A stretch of DNA of 63,007 bases, the filler included, from Choristocarpus tenellus KU-1152 (Eukaryota; Protista; Phaeophyceae): the NCBI GenBank assembly GCA_964200185.2. It is 8 parts of 8 records of this genome, joined end to end, with 100 filler letters (N's around TTAATTAATTAA, not from the genome) between each part and the next. Parts side by side here need not be neighbours in the genome. Positions count along the whole stretch, not along the records: positions 25,445 to 31,463 come from CAXNAD020009153.1; positions 31,564 to 38,856 come from CAXNAD020006387.1; positions 38,957 to 52,024 come from CAXNAD020001597.1; 5 more parts are not named here. One strand, written 5' to 3'. Position numbers and translations under genes: made by a program. Shown in pieces: positions 26,631 through 45,400 of the stretch (position 1 is its first letter; each line of letters begins with the position of its first letter). A model generated the notes under the pieces. It saw only the letters and a program-made list of their open reading frames with translations. It ran no database searches and was not told where the DNA came from.

Positions 26631-26891
26631 ATCTTTATTCTAGAACTCCGGAGTATAATCAATTTTTGACTATGATCATTGTCGCACAAAATCCCTTGGA
26701 AACATATTCAGCACACTATTATTTGTTAAGGCGTTCTCAAGGGCCAGAAAGCCTGTTATTGATTCATGTTTGGTTGGAAGAGTTGATGTGTGTTTTTTCC
26801 TTAGCAGTGTACTGCAATATGGTGAGGACAATGCACTGTACACTTAGTGTGTTTGTTCATGGTATGCTACGATTATTTTGCTGTTTTTTGA

Positions 26892-31039
<4,148 letters not shown>

Positions 31040-31201
31040 GTACAGCCACCAGGGTGAGAGGGGGTAGGGGACGGTAGCAATAGTAGAGATGGCTACCCTG
31101 TCCAGATCATTGTAAGTGCTCGGAGTATATTGTGTATGACACATGCTTCCACTCTCCTCCACAAAGTCTGTCGTGGCGAAGTTTTTGCTGTGAGTGGGTA
31201 C

Positions 31202-31458
31202 GAGTGAAAGTATCTTAGAGGGTACGAGTTTTGCCCTGTTTGTCCATTTGGGGCTTGGCGTCCCTTAGGGTTTTTATGACATTTTCGTAGTCCAAAATAT
31301 TTCGGAGTAGGTAAAATGTTAATGTTATGAAAGGTGTGTTTGGAACAAGCATGTTGACACTTCCTAACAAACACGATAGCCAGATTTACATTGAAATCGC
31401 AACACTGGATTTTTGCCCCCAAATGGACGTGGCTCTACCCTTTAAGATACTTTGGCTC
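31202..31458. mobile_element. MITE family B
   Basis: gagtgaaagtatcttagagggtac...ctaccctttaagatactttggctc. Confidence 0.88.
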
Positions 31459-31947
31459 ATCGCNNNNNNNNNNNNNNNNNNNNNNNNNNNNNNNNNNNNN
31501 NNNNNNNTTAATTAATTAANNNNNNNNNNNNNNNNNNNNNNNNNNNNNNNNNNNNNNNNNNNNGGCCCCGAATGGACAGTCACCCCCCCCCCCCCCCAGA
31601 TACTTTGAGCCAGCAATACTTGCATTGGTGTAGTCAGTTACAGGAAGTTTGATTTGTTTTTGGTCTCCAGCATCAGCAATGACCTAGTGTGCCTTTTTAT
31701 CCTATCAGTGGCAATCAAGGTTAAAAGATTGTCAATTATTGTTCCCTCCCCATACAGCCTCTTGCACTGCAAATCAAACCTATCACTCCTGTGAGGCTGA
31801 TACGTGTAGTACCTGAACTCCACTCCCTCTCCCCCCCCATAGTCTGTGCTATCACATTTCACTTGAAATAGCACTAGCAGTAGCATGTTAGTAGTGTTAG
31901 CAATTGAATGACGGCAACAATGACAACATCAACAGGAACCATGCTAA

Positions 31948-32308
31948 GACCAAAAGTATCTTCTGGGGGGGGGGGGGGGGGGGGGGCGGCACCAATCAAA
32001 GCATACCCGAGAGCGGGAGAGACCAGACAGCNNNNNNNNNNACGACCGGCAGGGGGTGGTGGTGGTCGGTGGGGGGGTGGTCGGTGTGGGTTAGCGGGTT
32101 GGAGGCGGGGGTCTTCACCAAAGTGTCCATTTGAACCAGCACCAGGAAAAGTGCACTTTCATTATCCATCCAACATATGGAGCCAAATCACCCAAAAATC
32201 GCGACATGAAAAATTTAGCTCCGAAGGGATAGCCACCCCCCTCCCCAGGTACTTTGAGCCAGGGTCAAAAACGGACGCCGGCACCCCTCCCCCCAGATAC
32301 CTTGACCC
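31948..32308. mobile_element. MITE family A copy spanning a 10-N gap, with a duplicated right end
   Basis: Family A core at 32110-32260, then a second ccccagatacc...gaccc end. Confidence 0.6.
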
Positions 32309-33235
32309 TAAGAAGGAGAATTTCGAAAGTTCATCAACTGGTCATGATGGTGCTCTTTGTCAATGGATGCTACTGCCACTGGTGGTACATATTGCATAAC
32401 TAATGCTGCTCATCATGTCTGATTCCTTTGTTGGTCTGGCACACGGTTGTGTGTAGCAGTGGCAAAATTAGTAGCAAGCAGTCTATCCATATTATTACAC
32501 GTTGCATATTGTAAGTCAGCACCACACAGGGCCACAGTAAACGACTGACAATTATCCTCGCAAAATCCAGCTTTTTGTACAAACGTGCTTAGGATACTTT
32601 GTGACTTGTGTTCGGAATATTTTCAAATAGAGGGAAATAAATGCTCTCAAGTCAAATGCCATCATCACTGTTGTCATCCGTGTACACCTCATGGTTGGGA
32701 TCCCCCTCTGATCCTAAGCCTACATCGTCAATGTTGTCAGGAGAAGTACGTGCCCTATATTTCGAAGTACAAGGTAGTGTGAATGTTGAAGTTGACCGCA
32801 ACTATATGCTTACACTTTTCGGACCTGATCCTCCATTCTCTCCAGTGTGGGTAGACGGTGAGAAAGCTCCAAGGGGGGTGGGAATTGAAAGGGAAGGTAG
32901 ACACATTAAAGAGTAGCATACCTGATGCAGTTTATTGTGTAATGCAATGTTGTGCGTTGCATTCTGTGGTGTTTGTGGGGTGAGGTTTTGACTTAATAGA
33001 GGGACAATTTTCGATCAGGGGGCACTTGCTGTTGCCGCAAGTACTTTTTTTTCTTTTGGTTAGTAGCAATGTGAATAAATGGGGTGGTTTACAACAAGGA
33101 TTAGAGGGGCCATAGAATTTGTACAGAAACGGCGTGAAAAGACCCCAAAAAAGACACGCAAAGTGTGTTACTGTAAGAACAGTCCTCATGACAAGTATTC
33201 CGTTAGACAAGTAGTAGAGCAATATATGGACTCGA

Positions 33236-34150
33236 ACGTTTGATGGACAAAGGACCTCAAAATATATATTGTCATTTTTCAAAGCAATATAGGAAAGGGA
33301 TCAGGACATTGCCCTGAAAGTGTATGTTTTCCAGAAGCATTGAGCTAGACGGCTGAGGCAACATAGAGTAAATTGACCTGGGCGTTAGAAGGATATTGGA
33401 AGTTCAGTACGATGATGTTGTCACTTGCATCCAAATACCTGCAGAACATAGTTGTCAGAGATTTTTCTAATATTATCTTCTCGCACAGTATTTCACAACA
33501 ATTTCATACAGAATCATGGCAGTTGTACCCAAGTCTCGATTACTAAACTTGATCTGATGGGACTAGGATGACCAACTGCACAGGGTCGGTTATTTTCATG
33601 GTAAAAATCGACTATCACGTACAATTCCCATCTCAATCCTCCCTAGCAGACGATATCACACAGAACTTCCCATGCATATATACACCTACCCCTCAAAAAC
33701 CTACACGGTATTTCTAATTCTTGATCCGTACTCTACTATCTTCTCTTTGGTAGGGTCAGCTAGTCTTGTTCAACCTATGCACCTAAAAGCCGTACCATTT
33801 CAGTAAAAATATTGGAGCCCTAGCGAAGTGCTGTGTTCTGCTGCGAACCTGAGCAGATTTGCTCAAAATCCCATGCACAAATAGGAATTCAGGCATGAAA
33901 ATGAACCAAAAATCGTGTACCAGTAATAGAGACAATGACAAAGCAACAACGGCGAGATGTCTACATGTATGGTATAGGAGTAACAGTCTTTAAAACTTGC
34001 AAAGCAAAGTTTACTAGAAAGGCTGTCAACCAAGGTGGACACATGTCCCCTTGTATGATGCTGCCTTTTTCACTGTTCAATATCTGGATACTGCAGCATG
34101 GTTTCATACTATCATCCTGGTCAAAAAACCCAAGAAACCTTGTTGCAGTC
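33236..34150 (-). CDS. Exon-like fragments of an unidentified gene downstream of EMG1
   Basis: AG/GT-bounded open blocks such as YLDASDNIIVLNFQYPSNAQ (~33377-33437) and VRSRTQHFARAPIFLLKW (~33796-33848). Not assembled into a model and no homolog recognised. Confidence 0.2.
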
Positions 34151-34411
34151 AGTGGGGCTGTGCAACTAATGCATATGATGTGCATCAACAAAAAGAAATA
34201 TAAATCGAATGTAACCCTAATCCTAATGCAAACACAAAACTACCGAGAGGTGGGAATTATCAACGAAACATCAAATCCAACATTCCAAAATGTGAAACAC
34301 CAGAGAGCGAGAGCAAAAACAGACTACATGCATTCATTACTCCCACACAAACCTCATGAGAAGGTATTGATACAGCAAAGTCAATCAGTCCCCCACAAAG
34401 ACAAGCGATAG

Positions 34412-34677
34412 GAGTCAAAGCATCTTAGGGTTAGGGCAGAGCCGCATCCGCTTGGGGGCCAAAATCCAATGTTCCAATCTTGATGTAATATTGGCCATCG
34501 TACTTGTTAGGAAGTGTCAATATCCTTGTTCCTGACACATGTTTTCATAGCGTACACACTTTACCTACTCGAAAACATTTCGGAATAGGTAAGATGTCAT
34601 AAAAAAAAGCATGTGGGAGGCCAAGGCCCAAATGGACAAACAGGGCAAAAGTCGTACCCTCTAAGATACTTTCACAC
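34412..34677. mobile_element. MITE family B with (TTAGGG)2 in the left TIR
   Basis: Family B core, TSD tag/tag. Confidence 0.88.
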
Positions 34678-35269
34678 TAGACAAATGATTTTGAAAACCA
34701 GTTCCCGACCTAAAATACTGCCACCAGCTCCATGTACAAGCCATAGTAAACAGGAAAGCCTTCAGTAACACCGCATAACCCAAAAATAAATTGGAAACAG
34801 CCTCCCCAAGATGAGGGAAAAGGAGGACAAGGCAAGAACATTGATCCAAACAACAATCTACAAGAGGTAAAGCGGGAAAAGCAATCCTGGTCATCAAGCC
34901 TGGGGCTTGAGGCTGTATTGGTGCCTGCCTCTCCACAAGTGGAACCGCTTCATAGATAGGCCTGCCCCCATACACCGCTACATGATAGCACACCCTCACC
35001 ATTTGTCATGATAGCACACCATCAAGCACCAGACACACAGGTAGGGAAAGCTCTATAAAACAAGTGGCACTATAATGGTAGGAAACAACTACAAACACAC
35101 ACACATCAAAATTAAAGCACAAAAAGTTTCATCTCAAGGAGTAACCAATTAATGCACTAGCAGAAGCAGTAGTAGCATTACTTCCCATTCCAACCATTCT
35201 TCACATGGTTTGTGGAGGTGCCTATCAATAGGTGATACCCTTTCCTACAAACTATCACTAATATATTTA

Positions 35270-38200
35270 TCAGAATATTCCCCAGTTGTTCTCTATGCCT
35301 GAGAAGAGCCTTGATATAGCTGCAGCTCCGCTCAACTGTCACAGGCATGCAATAAGGAAAAATTGGACAAGAGAGGACATCTCACGTCAGGTCAGCATGT
35401 AGCATTGGCACATCTTTGGAGAAACAGAGATTCTACAATCGCAAAAGAACAATCCGGAATATCTGTTACCGACTGTAGAGACATCAAGAAATTTCGCACA
35501 TTTACACAAACAAAGAGTCCTAGGCCACAACGAAAACAGCTCCAACTGCAAAATTTTTGTTTTGTTGAGCCTCCCAAATCGATCATCCCTGGTAGAACCA
35601 TACTGTCCACGAATGAATAGGCCACTTAGTGTTAGTATGGGCGTAGTAGACAATAAAAGAATATAACAGATCACATGACTTCATGCATTGTTTCCGTCAA
35701 CTCACAGAAAAACATGTTCCTGGTGTCTCAGTTTCAGACTATGGTACTGAAACCGCCACCTAACCCTAACCCTTACATCAATACCACTCCCAGTGGCGAT
35801 CTATTCACTTAACAGGGATTATCTACTTCATCTATTCACTTCTGCCAGTCCCGAACACTTCATCTGCTCTAACCCTAACACTGCTGGCTATTCTGTAGCA
35901 TGAGATTACAAGCTAATCCTGGTAACCTACAACAACCCCCCAAGCATTTAGATCAAAACCACAAGACAATCTGACCAATAGCTACTGACCAATAGCACGT
36001 GACTACAAGACAACAACAAAAATCAAAGGCCAAGCGCAATCCAAATATGCATGAGCACAATCATGGGACAAAAACCCCTGCTCTTATATTCACAAAAAGC
36101 AAGTGGCCAGATAAAACAAACAAAGATTAACAAACGCACCTAGCAATTTTCCCAGTCATGATCATTGTTACTATTAATACAAGTACTCGGGAGTAGCTGG
36201 CAGAGGCCACAAGCTCCAGTCCGAGAAAGTTCTAGTTCTAAACAAAAAAAAGTTCTAGCTCTAAATACTCAACATACTCATCAAAACACCTCAATCATTC
36301 CATTACAAATATGAGACCCTAACCCTATTTCTACCATGCTAGCAAAGAACAAAAAGATACAAACAGTCAGAGGCGGGAATATATATAAATATAATATAAA
36401 TATATACATATATTTTTTAACAGCAAGCAAGACCGCCATCTTGGGACTAATTCTTGTCAAGGGGTATGCAATTGTGGGTGGAGATTCACTCTTGATTCTA
36501 ATTTTTCCCATGAGCTCTACCCTCACCGGATATTCAGAAATCGCCACCATCTCCTCAATCTGTGTTGCAAACAGTGATGTGTACACAGGGGGGATAAGGC
36601 AACAGGAGCCCCAGGAGGAGCACAACAATTGCCATGAAAGGAGGGCAATACCAAGGCAATGAAGACAATGAAGACACGGAGTAGGGAGAGTGGTTGATTC
36701 GGGAGTGTGAAGAAATTTATGTTAGAATTTATGTTAGAATTTATGGTAGACTCACCCAATACCTTCAGCAGGTGGCATGAGAAATGATACAAGCAAAAGT
36801 TTGTGTAGCCAGGAAAAACTGCAAGCATGTAACTTGGTAAGACAACAAACACTACCTCAAGCCTCTCAATCAGAAACTGTTGAAAGTAATCCTTTTCTCT
36901 TAACTCAGGTACGTTGCCATTATTGATATTCACAAACTGTAAAAGAGCACGTTTCTATACACAGAAAGGCTTGCACAATGCTATTGTATAGTCTGGGACA
37001 AGAAAAAAACCTGAAAACCCACCGAAATCATCAATGCAAATCCCCCTTTTCTGAGTGTGTTGTCTTACCTCCCCACAAAAATCAACCATGTGATTTGTCA
37101 CAATGCAATGCTCACAGAGTACCTTTCACACACAAGTCCAAAGCAAGTTCTTGTGATGAAAATAGTGCTATACACAATTTACAGTATCCCACCCAACACA
37201 TAGCCCCAACCCTAACTCCAACCAAAGTGTTTTAGTTAGCCAATGTACTCTTGAGCTGAAAGTACTCCTCAGTGACTCAACATATCCCTCAAGGACAGAG
37301 TCAGCATGTCACAAACCAGATGCACCTTTTGAGGATTCAGCTGAGTAGTGTACTGAGTAGTGTGCAGAGCCACGAGCGCCATCACCTATGCAGAACGACA
37401 TCACTTTATCTATGCAGACATACACAAAAAACAATAAACTGCATGCTACAACAGTGCTCTTGGGCACTTCCCCCAAAAGGTAAAGCAAGCTGCGCAACAG
37501 TGCTATCCCCACAAAAAGGGGTTGAACCACTTCATCACCTACGACTATAGTGTTTCCATTGTATCTACTGCTGAACAGGAACACTGATATACTTGCCCCA
37601 CCTCAGGTGCTTCCTCCTTTGTGATGTGACCAGACGCCATCGCCCCAATGTAGAACACAATTGGCTTGTCATCGGGCAGCTGAGCTGCAAAGTGGTGAGG
37701 GTTGTATAACGATCCTGTAACAGACAAGCCTGTGGAGGAGGAGTGGAGGGTGATGGGAGGGTACAGCATACGTTTTACACAAAGGTTTAAGATGTAATCT
37801 GCAACATTCCAATCCAATTCGGATAGTCTGGGGTTCGTGGGTGAGATCAGTGAAGGACACTCTCAACAAACTCATTGCACAGGATATGGGCATGACAACA
37901 GTCCAGGAATATAGCCAGCTCTCTTGACAAAAAAAAAGTTTCAAAATAATAATAAAAATGGAAGCAGTGCCACAGCCTGGAGCAGGGTTAGGGCTCTGTT
38001 GCTCCAATGACAGTCAGTCACAACGATATGTCAAGCTATGTCAAGCTCTTCAGCGGGGTTAAAACATCTAAATCCTAATTAATTGATTAAAAGGATTTAG
38101 TACAGAAAAAAAAAAAAAAAAAAAAAAAAACACATCGAGAGTACGTACTTCCACAGTTCAAACGTAAGAATGACTGTATATACTGCACAACTACATTTAC

Positions 38201-38382
38201 CAAGGAGGAACTAACAGTCCTCTCAGGGTTGGATGCAGAGAGATGAACGCCTCTATCGTTCGGAAACCCACCATAGGTCTTGCACCCCGGGGGCAGGTGT
38301 CGAGTCACTGGATTCTTGACGACCTTCAAGAGCATGGTACTGTTGCCAGAAGCCCTGATCTTGAGCTTGTGCAGCAATTGCA
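35270..38382 (-). CDS. EMG1: 18S rRNA pseudouridine-N1 methyltransferase Nep1/Emg1, last four exons
   Basis: Exons 38272-38382 (VQLLHKLKIRASGNSTMLLKVVKNPVTRHLP), 37602-37729 (PIVFYIGAMASG), 36527-36559 (IEEMVAISEYP) and 35270-35335 (LSGAAAISRLFSGIENNWGIF*). Phases match and the motifs are diagnostic for Nep1. Ends with TGA. Confidence 0.93.
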
Positions 38383-39433
38383 CTAACAGAGGGTCAAGGA
38401 GAGGATTGACCATAAGGTAGGGGTTAAGGGTAAAGAGCTCTGGGTCAATGGCCACTCGGGTGCACAGTCTAGCTTGTGATTTTTTTAAACAGTAAGAAGA
38501 AACAGTCTCCAATAGTACATTCGCAGCACCACTCACCAGTACACGTACGCCATAAATAGATAGATATACAAAAACCATTCCTTTTTGTGCATGATGGAAC
38601 GGCAGAGCCACTACCCAAACTGTTACAAAAAAAAAGAGACCTCTTGGTCCCAATAAACCAACTACATACCAAAAAAATAAATAAAAATAAACGTCAGAAA
38701 GAAGAATAAAACACAACTGTGAACCAAAATGTTGGTTTTTGATTAGAAACACACAATCAATTCAGTTCTTGCTGGTCGATCACAATCAATTCAGTTCTTC
38801 GGGTCATTGTCCCCCCCAGGTGCATACAAAGCTGTGTAAAAATAGTCCTCCCCCCCNNNNNNNNNNNNNNNNNNNNNNNNNNNNNNNNNNNNNNNNNNNN
38901 TTAATTAATTAANNNNNNNNNNNNNNNNNNNNNNNNNNNNNNNNNNNNNNNNNNNNGCTAGCCAAGGTCGCCCATTTGGGGCTTGATGGCGTATTGTAAA
39001 ACACCCCAGTGTGATGCCCTTGTGGGTGATTTTTCTTTGGACTTGGTCCAGAGAGTGGGATGGAAAAGAAAGGTGCATCCAGATGAAGGAAGTTGCCCTT
39101 ACATCTGATACTTTCACTCAGACGACAAGAAAGCCACTATAGAGGCACAAAGGCTCTGAATGGACGCCTGACCCCTTAACTAGGATACTATGGACCTGAA
39201 GTACAGCTTTCCACATTATTGCACCTACTGTAGCACCCTATGGCACTCCGGACATTACTGACCACTCCAATTTTATGGTTCCATTCAAAATGTTGAGGTG
39301 TTTTATGTTTCTGATTGTGTTTGTTTCACTTAAGATTTGAATCGCTTTGATGTTACATCATGTTGAATAACATTGAATGGGAACAAGTCTATCCCCAAAA
39401 TTTTTCTCTTGTAAAGAAAGAAAACAAGCTCAC

Positions 39434-42400
39434 CTGAAGCAACGCCTCTGGTATATATGTCATTGTGGGGAGGGGGGGTGGTTCTACTGATAAGAAGCAC
39501 CGGAACATTTCATGCGCAGTCCCACTCATGGACTCAAGCTTGGAAACGAGAATAGGAAGCCAGCTCTGCATCAGGTGTACATTCTGAAGCATTAACCAGC
39601 CGCCCTTCTGAGCCATGACTTGCAGCGTTTTTTCAGCCTTTGTCTCCTGACCTTGACCTGTTGGTATGTAAGGAACAGAACAAACAGTTTAATTGATTTT
39701 GTTAAAGGTTGGGGTCAGCAGCAGCACTCACTTCACAAGTGTAGAGATAAGCAAAACAACACCTGAAAGCAAAATAACACAGAGCTAGTTAACTCTTGGA
39801 GAATGAGATTACCCAGGTGGTACATCAAGAATCCATCAGCATCTCACCCATGGATATGTTGGAAAATTTCCCATTGGTGATTGTCATATCCATCTCCACT
39901 CCCAAGTCTTCAACCCAGCCGGTCGGGTCCACACCCGGGAAGAGGAGGAACAAGATGGGAGTGGAAGCCGAGCTATCGAGGTAGATATTTTGAAGGGAGA
40001 AGGGGGGTTGTGAAATGAACTCCTCACCCAAGTGATGTGACACAAATTTCCTGAATGCAAATATGACCCTGTCAGGTCGCAACAATCGCAAGAAACACAT
40101 GAACTCGATCTCCCCTGCTGCTGCAAAGTCGCCTGGCAGGGGACTCTCCTCAGGTGTGTCAAGGTCATACCACTCATCCCACTCGTCTGCAAACATGACA
40201 AATTTCCCTCCAATGTCTTGGAAGAGCAAATCAGTCTCTCCAAGCTTTTCAAGACCCAGAAGGCACCTCCAGTTGTGCTCTGGGATTATTCTGTTGAGAA
40301 AAATGGGAGACCACGAGGGGCAGGATTTGTGAATTCAACACGCGCCCTGGTTCCCCAACCGAGTACATCTCAAAACACACCTTTGGCGGAACCAAAATGT
40401 AGAAGTGAATGGTAAAGTCTGTGCCGATATTGCATGTGAACAAACTGACAAGCTAATATGCGTTACGTCCCACAGCCGTAGATATAAAGAAGCACAACTG
40501 GCATCTGACTAGCATACGAATCCTTGTTACCTCCATTACCTTCGTGCCTCGTCTGGGTACACAACTGGCCCTTCAGCCGGTTTTGATATCATCAGGGAGT
40601 TGATCAGGGCGGGGTCTATCTGCTGTTCGACCTGCTGGATCTTGAGCGCTACAAGACTGGCCACAGTGAGCTTGTCTCGCTCCACTAACCCTCTCCGCAC
40701 ATAGTTAAAGACGACCTTGGTTATCATTGCCTTAAGGTGTATGATCTTAGTCAAGAGCTGTGCAAGGGAGACAAGAGACAAGGTCTCCCAAGTGTAAGAA
40801 CATGAATCTTGAAGTCATGTGGTGAAAGGTATGTACCTATGGTAGGGTCTATGCACTGTACAACAGTAATTAGAGCTCTAGTCTGAGATGAAGGGGTTCC
40901 TTCAAGGAGCAACAACCGTATATCTAGTAACAAGTTCTTCTACTGTCATCTATCTTTTTGTTACGACTACAGATTCTGTGAGAGTGGTGTATGACTCAAA
41001 GTATCCTAGAGGGGGATAGTGTTTGTTATATGTTGAGGGGTCTCTGTGACTGCTTTATGATTTTCATCTTTATGTCCCTACATTATATCCTTCAATTCAT
41101 GGGAAAAACATCCATCCACATCACAGGGTCTTTTGTTCCACATCCACAGATTTTTGGTGGGGGTAAACTGAATTTGGACCGTGAAAGCAGAGCGTCATCA
41201 GGCATCACGTTTATAAGCCCCTTGAAACTACGCAATGGCCACCAAGATCCACCTCTATCTAGGATACTTTGGCCGTATGCAAGGGCTTTCCTTTCATTCA
41301 CATTCATTGTACATGTAAGAATATCATATCTGAGGTAAGGCTAAAGTGATAGAAAGAGTGACAATCTCCATGAAATGCTGTCACCAACGGGTCAAGAGGA
41401 AGATTTGCCCCAACCAGTTCCCGATAATCCAGCTCGTGTAGAGTTGAATGAAGATTGTTCATCACCGGGTTCATAGGACAATATAGGTAGGGGTGGCGGC
41501 GGTACCTCTAAGCAGGACAATAATTGCTTCTGTTGCTCCAAAGTCCGGGGTTTGGCCTAAATTCCCCCCCCTGATGTTGACATTGATACTGATACAAACA
41601 GTGATGATGTGTGTTGTCATGCCTAGGAACACAGTTCTACCTGCAAGTGCGCCTCTTCCCTTGCCGCAGGGTCGGTGTTGTTCTCGCTGTTTAATAAGGC
41701 TCCCATATTGCCTATGCCCTTCTTCATGTCTGCTTCGCTTGCTATGCTAGCCCTTTGAAGGAGATCCTGTAAATGTGGAGCACAGTCTAGAGTTTCAACA
41801 TTATGTATAGTGCCATCCCCTGCTGCATTGATAGCAATAGTCCTATAATGTGCTGTTCTCTAAAAAGTTCTGCTCAACCATTGTCGGCTGTCACAGCAAA
41901 TGGAGACACCCACCTCATTCCACCCAAATGTTTGTACTGCTGACGTTCTCTTTTGAGACACTTTCGCTTTGGCCCATGCTCTAGACTTTGAATTGACAGG
42001 GGAATTATTTCCTGTGCTAGAAGAATCGTTGACCAGGTCAATACCGCTCTGTACCAGGGAGAGATAAGGGTCAGTCTCACATGTTTCAAAGAAGGCAACA
42101 CAAGAGTTTGAGAGTGTCACAGCAGGGACTCATTGCATGGAGGTGGTTGAAAGGATTTGCAGAGTGAACATTCATTCCTAAGGTTCAGCCTCCAGGTGTG
42201 ATGGGGTTTGTTCACAGACCTGGAAGATGGCAACAAAGGAATTGAGGCTGTAGACGTAGAGCGAGTTGATCTTGTAGAGGTCATTCAGAACAAAGAAGAG
42301 AAGGCTCCCTCGCTGTGCCACAACTCTGTACTCCTCTGATAGACTTGTAATCTTGTCTGTGGCAGTCTGCAAGAATGTCAATGGCAGGGAAGAGCAAGAA

Positions 42401-45400
42401 TGAGCCAGAGTGCAAGAGTAGGAATGGTGAGGCAGGACTTCAAATGGTGGAGGATCTGCAATTTGCTACCCCTTTGTAGTATTATACTTTGAAGGACTCT
42501 TGAATACAATGTTGTGCAATGCAACTGTCTTGAAAATGAATGTTGTAGGCTCAACCAAGTTTACTTTTCTCTACTATGGTTAGAAACTGATGAACTTCGA
42601 GCAGCCTGTGCAACATGCTTACGTTTCGTTGCAGTTGCAATACAATTGTTGAAAAGAGGGGACATAAGCTGCAAAAATGAAGAAACTTTGGATCAGATGA
42701 GACCATTTCTTTTTCACCTTCATCTCATCCAGCTTTCGCACGATCTCCACACTTAGCTTCTTCGATTCCTCGAGTCCTTCTATGAGTGCTCGATTTTCTG
42801 TGATGTCCCCTGATGATTCAGACAAGCGAGCAAGGATATCATCCTCTAACTCACGGATACGAACCTATCAAACAATATCAAACAACCCGTGGAAAATGAG
42901 GGTTACATCGAAGCTGTCATTTGCTCACCCTTTTCTTCTAGATTGCATTGGATTGATTGCATGATGCCTAGAGGTGCGAATTTTGACCCTAGCTAGACTA
43001 TTTAAGACCTTATCTATAGGCACAGGAGGAATACAATTTGGAATTTTATGATGTGGTTGGTGTTGAACAGGTCACTACTTAGTTGGTACTCCAAGAGGAT
43101 ACCTCTACTCGGAGGGCAAGTGCACGAGACCTTGTATTGATTTTGCTGCTGCAGAAGGGCAGACTTATGCGCAGCTAGGTCTGGCTGTTCCTTCCTGATC
43201 ACTACTGACAATAGCTGGTCCTCCAGTCCAGCTGGTGTGACCATGAAGTTCACTATGGTGGTCTCTGCTTGGATCTCTGGGGGAAAGTGTGGGTTTAGCA
43301 TCTTTGTGTGCAAGAACAATCGGAAGTCAGGGTTGAAGTCCACCTCTTCGTCGCCAAAAACAATGGTGCTCTGGTTGCCTCTCCTTGTGACTGCCCTTGT
43401 GACAATTGGCATGATGACTGGGTCCAAGGTTTCGTCCATATTCTCAATGATGACAGACCAACCTTTCTGCATAGCTTGCTGCATGCGCTTCAAGATATCG
43501 GGCTGACCCAGGCGTACAAGCTGAAGGTTCCGTTCAGGGGCACCTTCCTTCTTCCTGAGCCACGCTATTCCCTGTTAAATCATCACACAATTAAGGGCAG
43601 GTACTGATAGTGTCGCCCAGGCTTGATGCGCAAACTGCTGGTGTGATATGTTGAGGGCAGAGTAGGCAGGGGCCAAGCAAGTCCCATAATGGGCGAACAA
43701 CAATGTCCAAGACTCAATTGGTCCTACACATTATGTAGTTGCCATAATGCCAGGCAGCAACTGACCCATAATGCTATTCTTGGTCACTTCCTGGGTATGT
43801 CTATAACACACTGTATCACTACTGCAAAGGTTTGTACCATGGGGGGCACCATGACAAGTTCTCCTGAGTATATAGAAGAATGTGTCCTGTGTCCTAACTT
43901 TGATGGCCTCAGACTAATAAAATAACAGGACCTGTTCACTTCAATATGCTGTTCTGTATACCCTTCAGTATTACCAAGCATGATCTGTACCACAACCATC
44001 AAACACGTAAGGGCAATGTAATACTACTCCACATGAGTGTTTCGTGCATTAGATTAGTGCAGTGAGTAATGCAACAGGGGTACAAAGATCACGGGTGCTG
44101 GACCTGACCTGGAGCTGAGGATCAATTATGAGGGGCCACCGTGCACAATTTGCCACAATTGCCCCATTTTCGGCAGAAACTGGATCTGCAGGGAGTCCCT
44201 GTGTATTCCATTTTGCAATCTCAGCTTCGCTTGTCAATATGCGCAGGGGGTCTGCTGCTGGACTAAGCTTCATGGGTTCACCATTGACAGCTTTCGCCAG
44301 GGAGGGCATCCATTGCTCCTGTAGCAGCTGCTCACGAAAGGGTTTGGTGAAGGGGCCAACATAGCTCAAGAAAACGCTTGCAACAAGAACATCTCCAACA
44401 AGGTATTCCCTTTCTTGGCGGAGTGTTGTCACCCCCTCACTCCATCGCTCACTCTCTCCACCAAGACTTCGAACCAGTCGTTGAGCCAGCTCAAGCTTGT
44501 TCCTTCCACGCTCATAGATATCTTGCGCCTCCTTCTTCTCTGATTCCGCTTGCTCATACTCAACAGTGAGAGTAGCAAGTGTGGCTTCAAGCTGAGAAAG
44601 ATGTGCTTGCACCTTTTCAGAGGCACAGCAGACATACACTTTTTGGGGTGATTTTGATAGCAAAGCATGGCGATTTGTGTTCAAATAAAAGCTTTACTTC
44701 TTCATGTGAAGTTGGTGTCACAAAACTTGGATTTCCTTTAACAACATGCACACACCGTTTCCTACCTCGGCAAGCTCTGCATTGGCGGTTTCAAGTTGCA
44801 TATTGGCCTCCTTCAGTGCCCTCCGCTTGGGTTCCACAGTCTGCACAATGTCGTAGTATTTTACAATATTCAGAACCCATGAGCACAGCCCTGCAGCAGC
44901 AGAGTTGCGCTTCTCAATAACCTCTACGTTGAAGTGCTCAAGATCAAGGAATGGTCTCACTTCACGCAGATTTATGGCTGGCACAGAACCTTCATCCACT
45001 GCTCCCTTGAAACCCTGCACATTCAACATTGAAGGAATGCAAAGGACAAGAATATGACCCCAGCTCAGGTTTTTTGCATGGTCAGATAGGGGCATTGTCT
45101 AGAGTGTGCTTTTTTTATTCATGTGTAAAAGAAGATTCTGTAGAAGAAACAAACTTAGGATGATGAGACAATGTTTGTGTTCTGAAGGATAGGAGATGTG
45201 ATTGGGTTTAAGAACTAGAATATGGAAGAGTTCAGGAATAGGAAGCATCGTTAGAAGCAATCTGTGATTAGCGATTACTGATCAATAGAATATGAGTATT
45301 TGGTGACAAGGACAACCCCGCCCCTCCGCTTGGATGGTGTTTCTCACTTCAACTTTCTACCTATTACAACAGAACTGAGAAGGAATTCATCTACATATTT

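Noticed and set aside
38087-38752. 221-aa ORF as a membrane protein
   Set aside because: Only 38272-38382 is an EMG1 exon. The rest is T-rich intron read-through.
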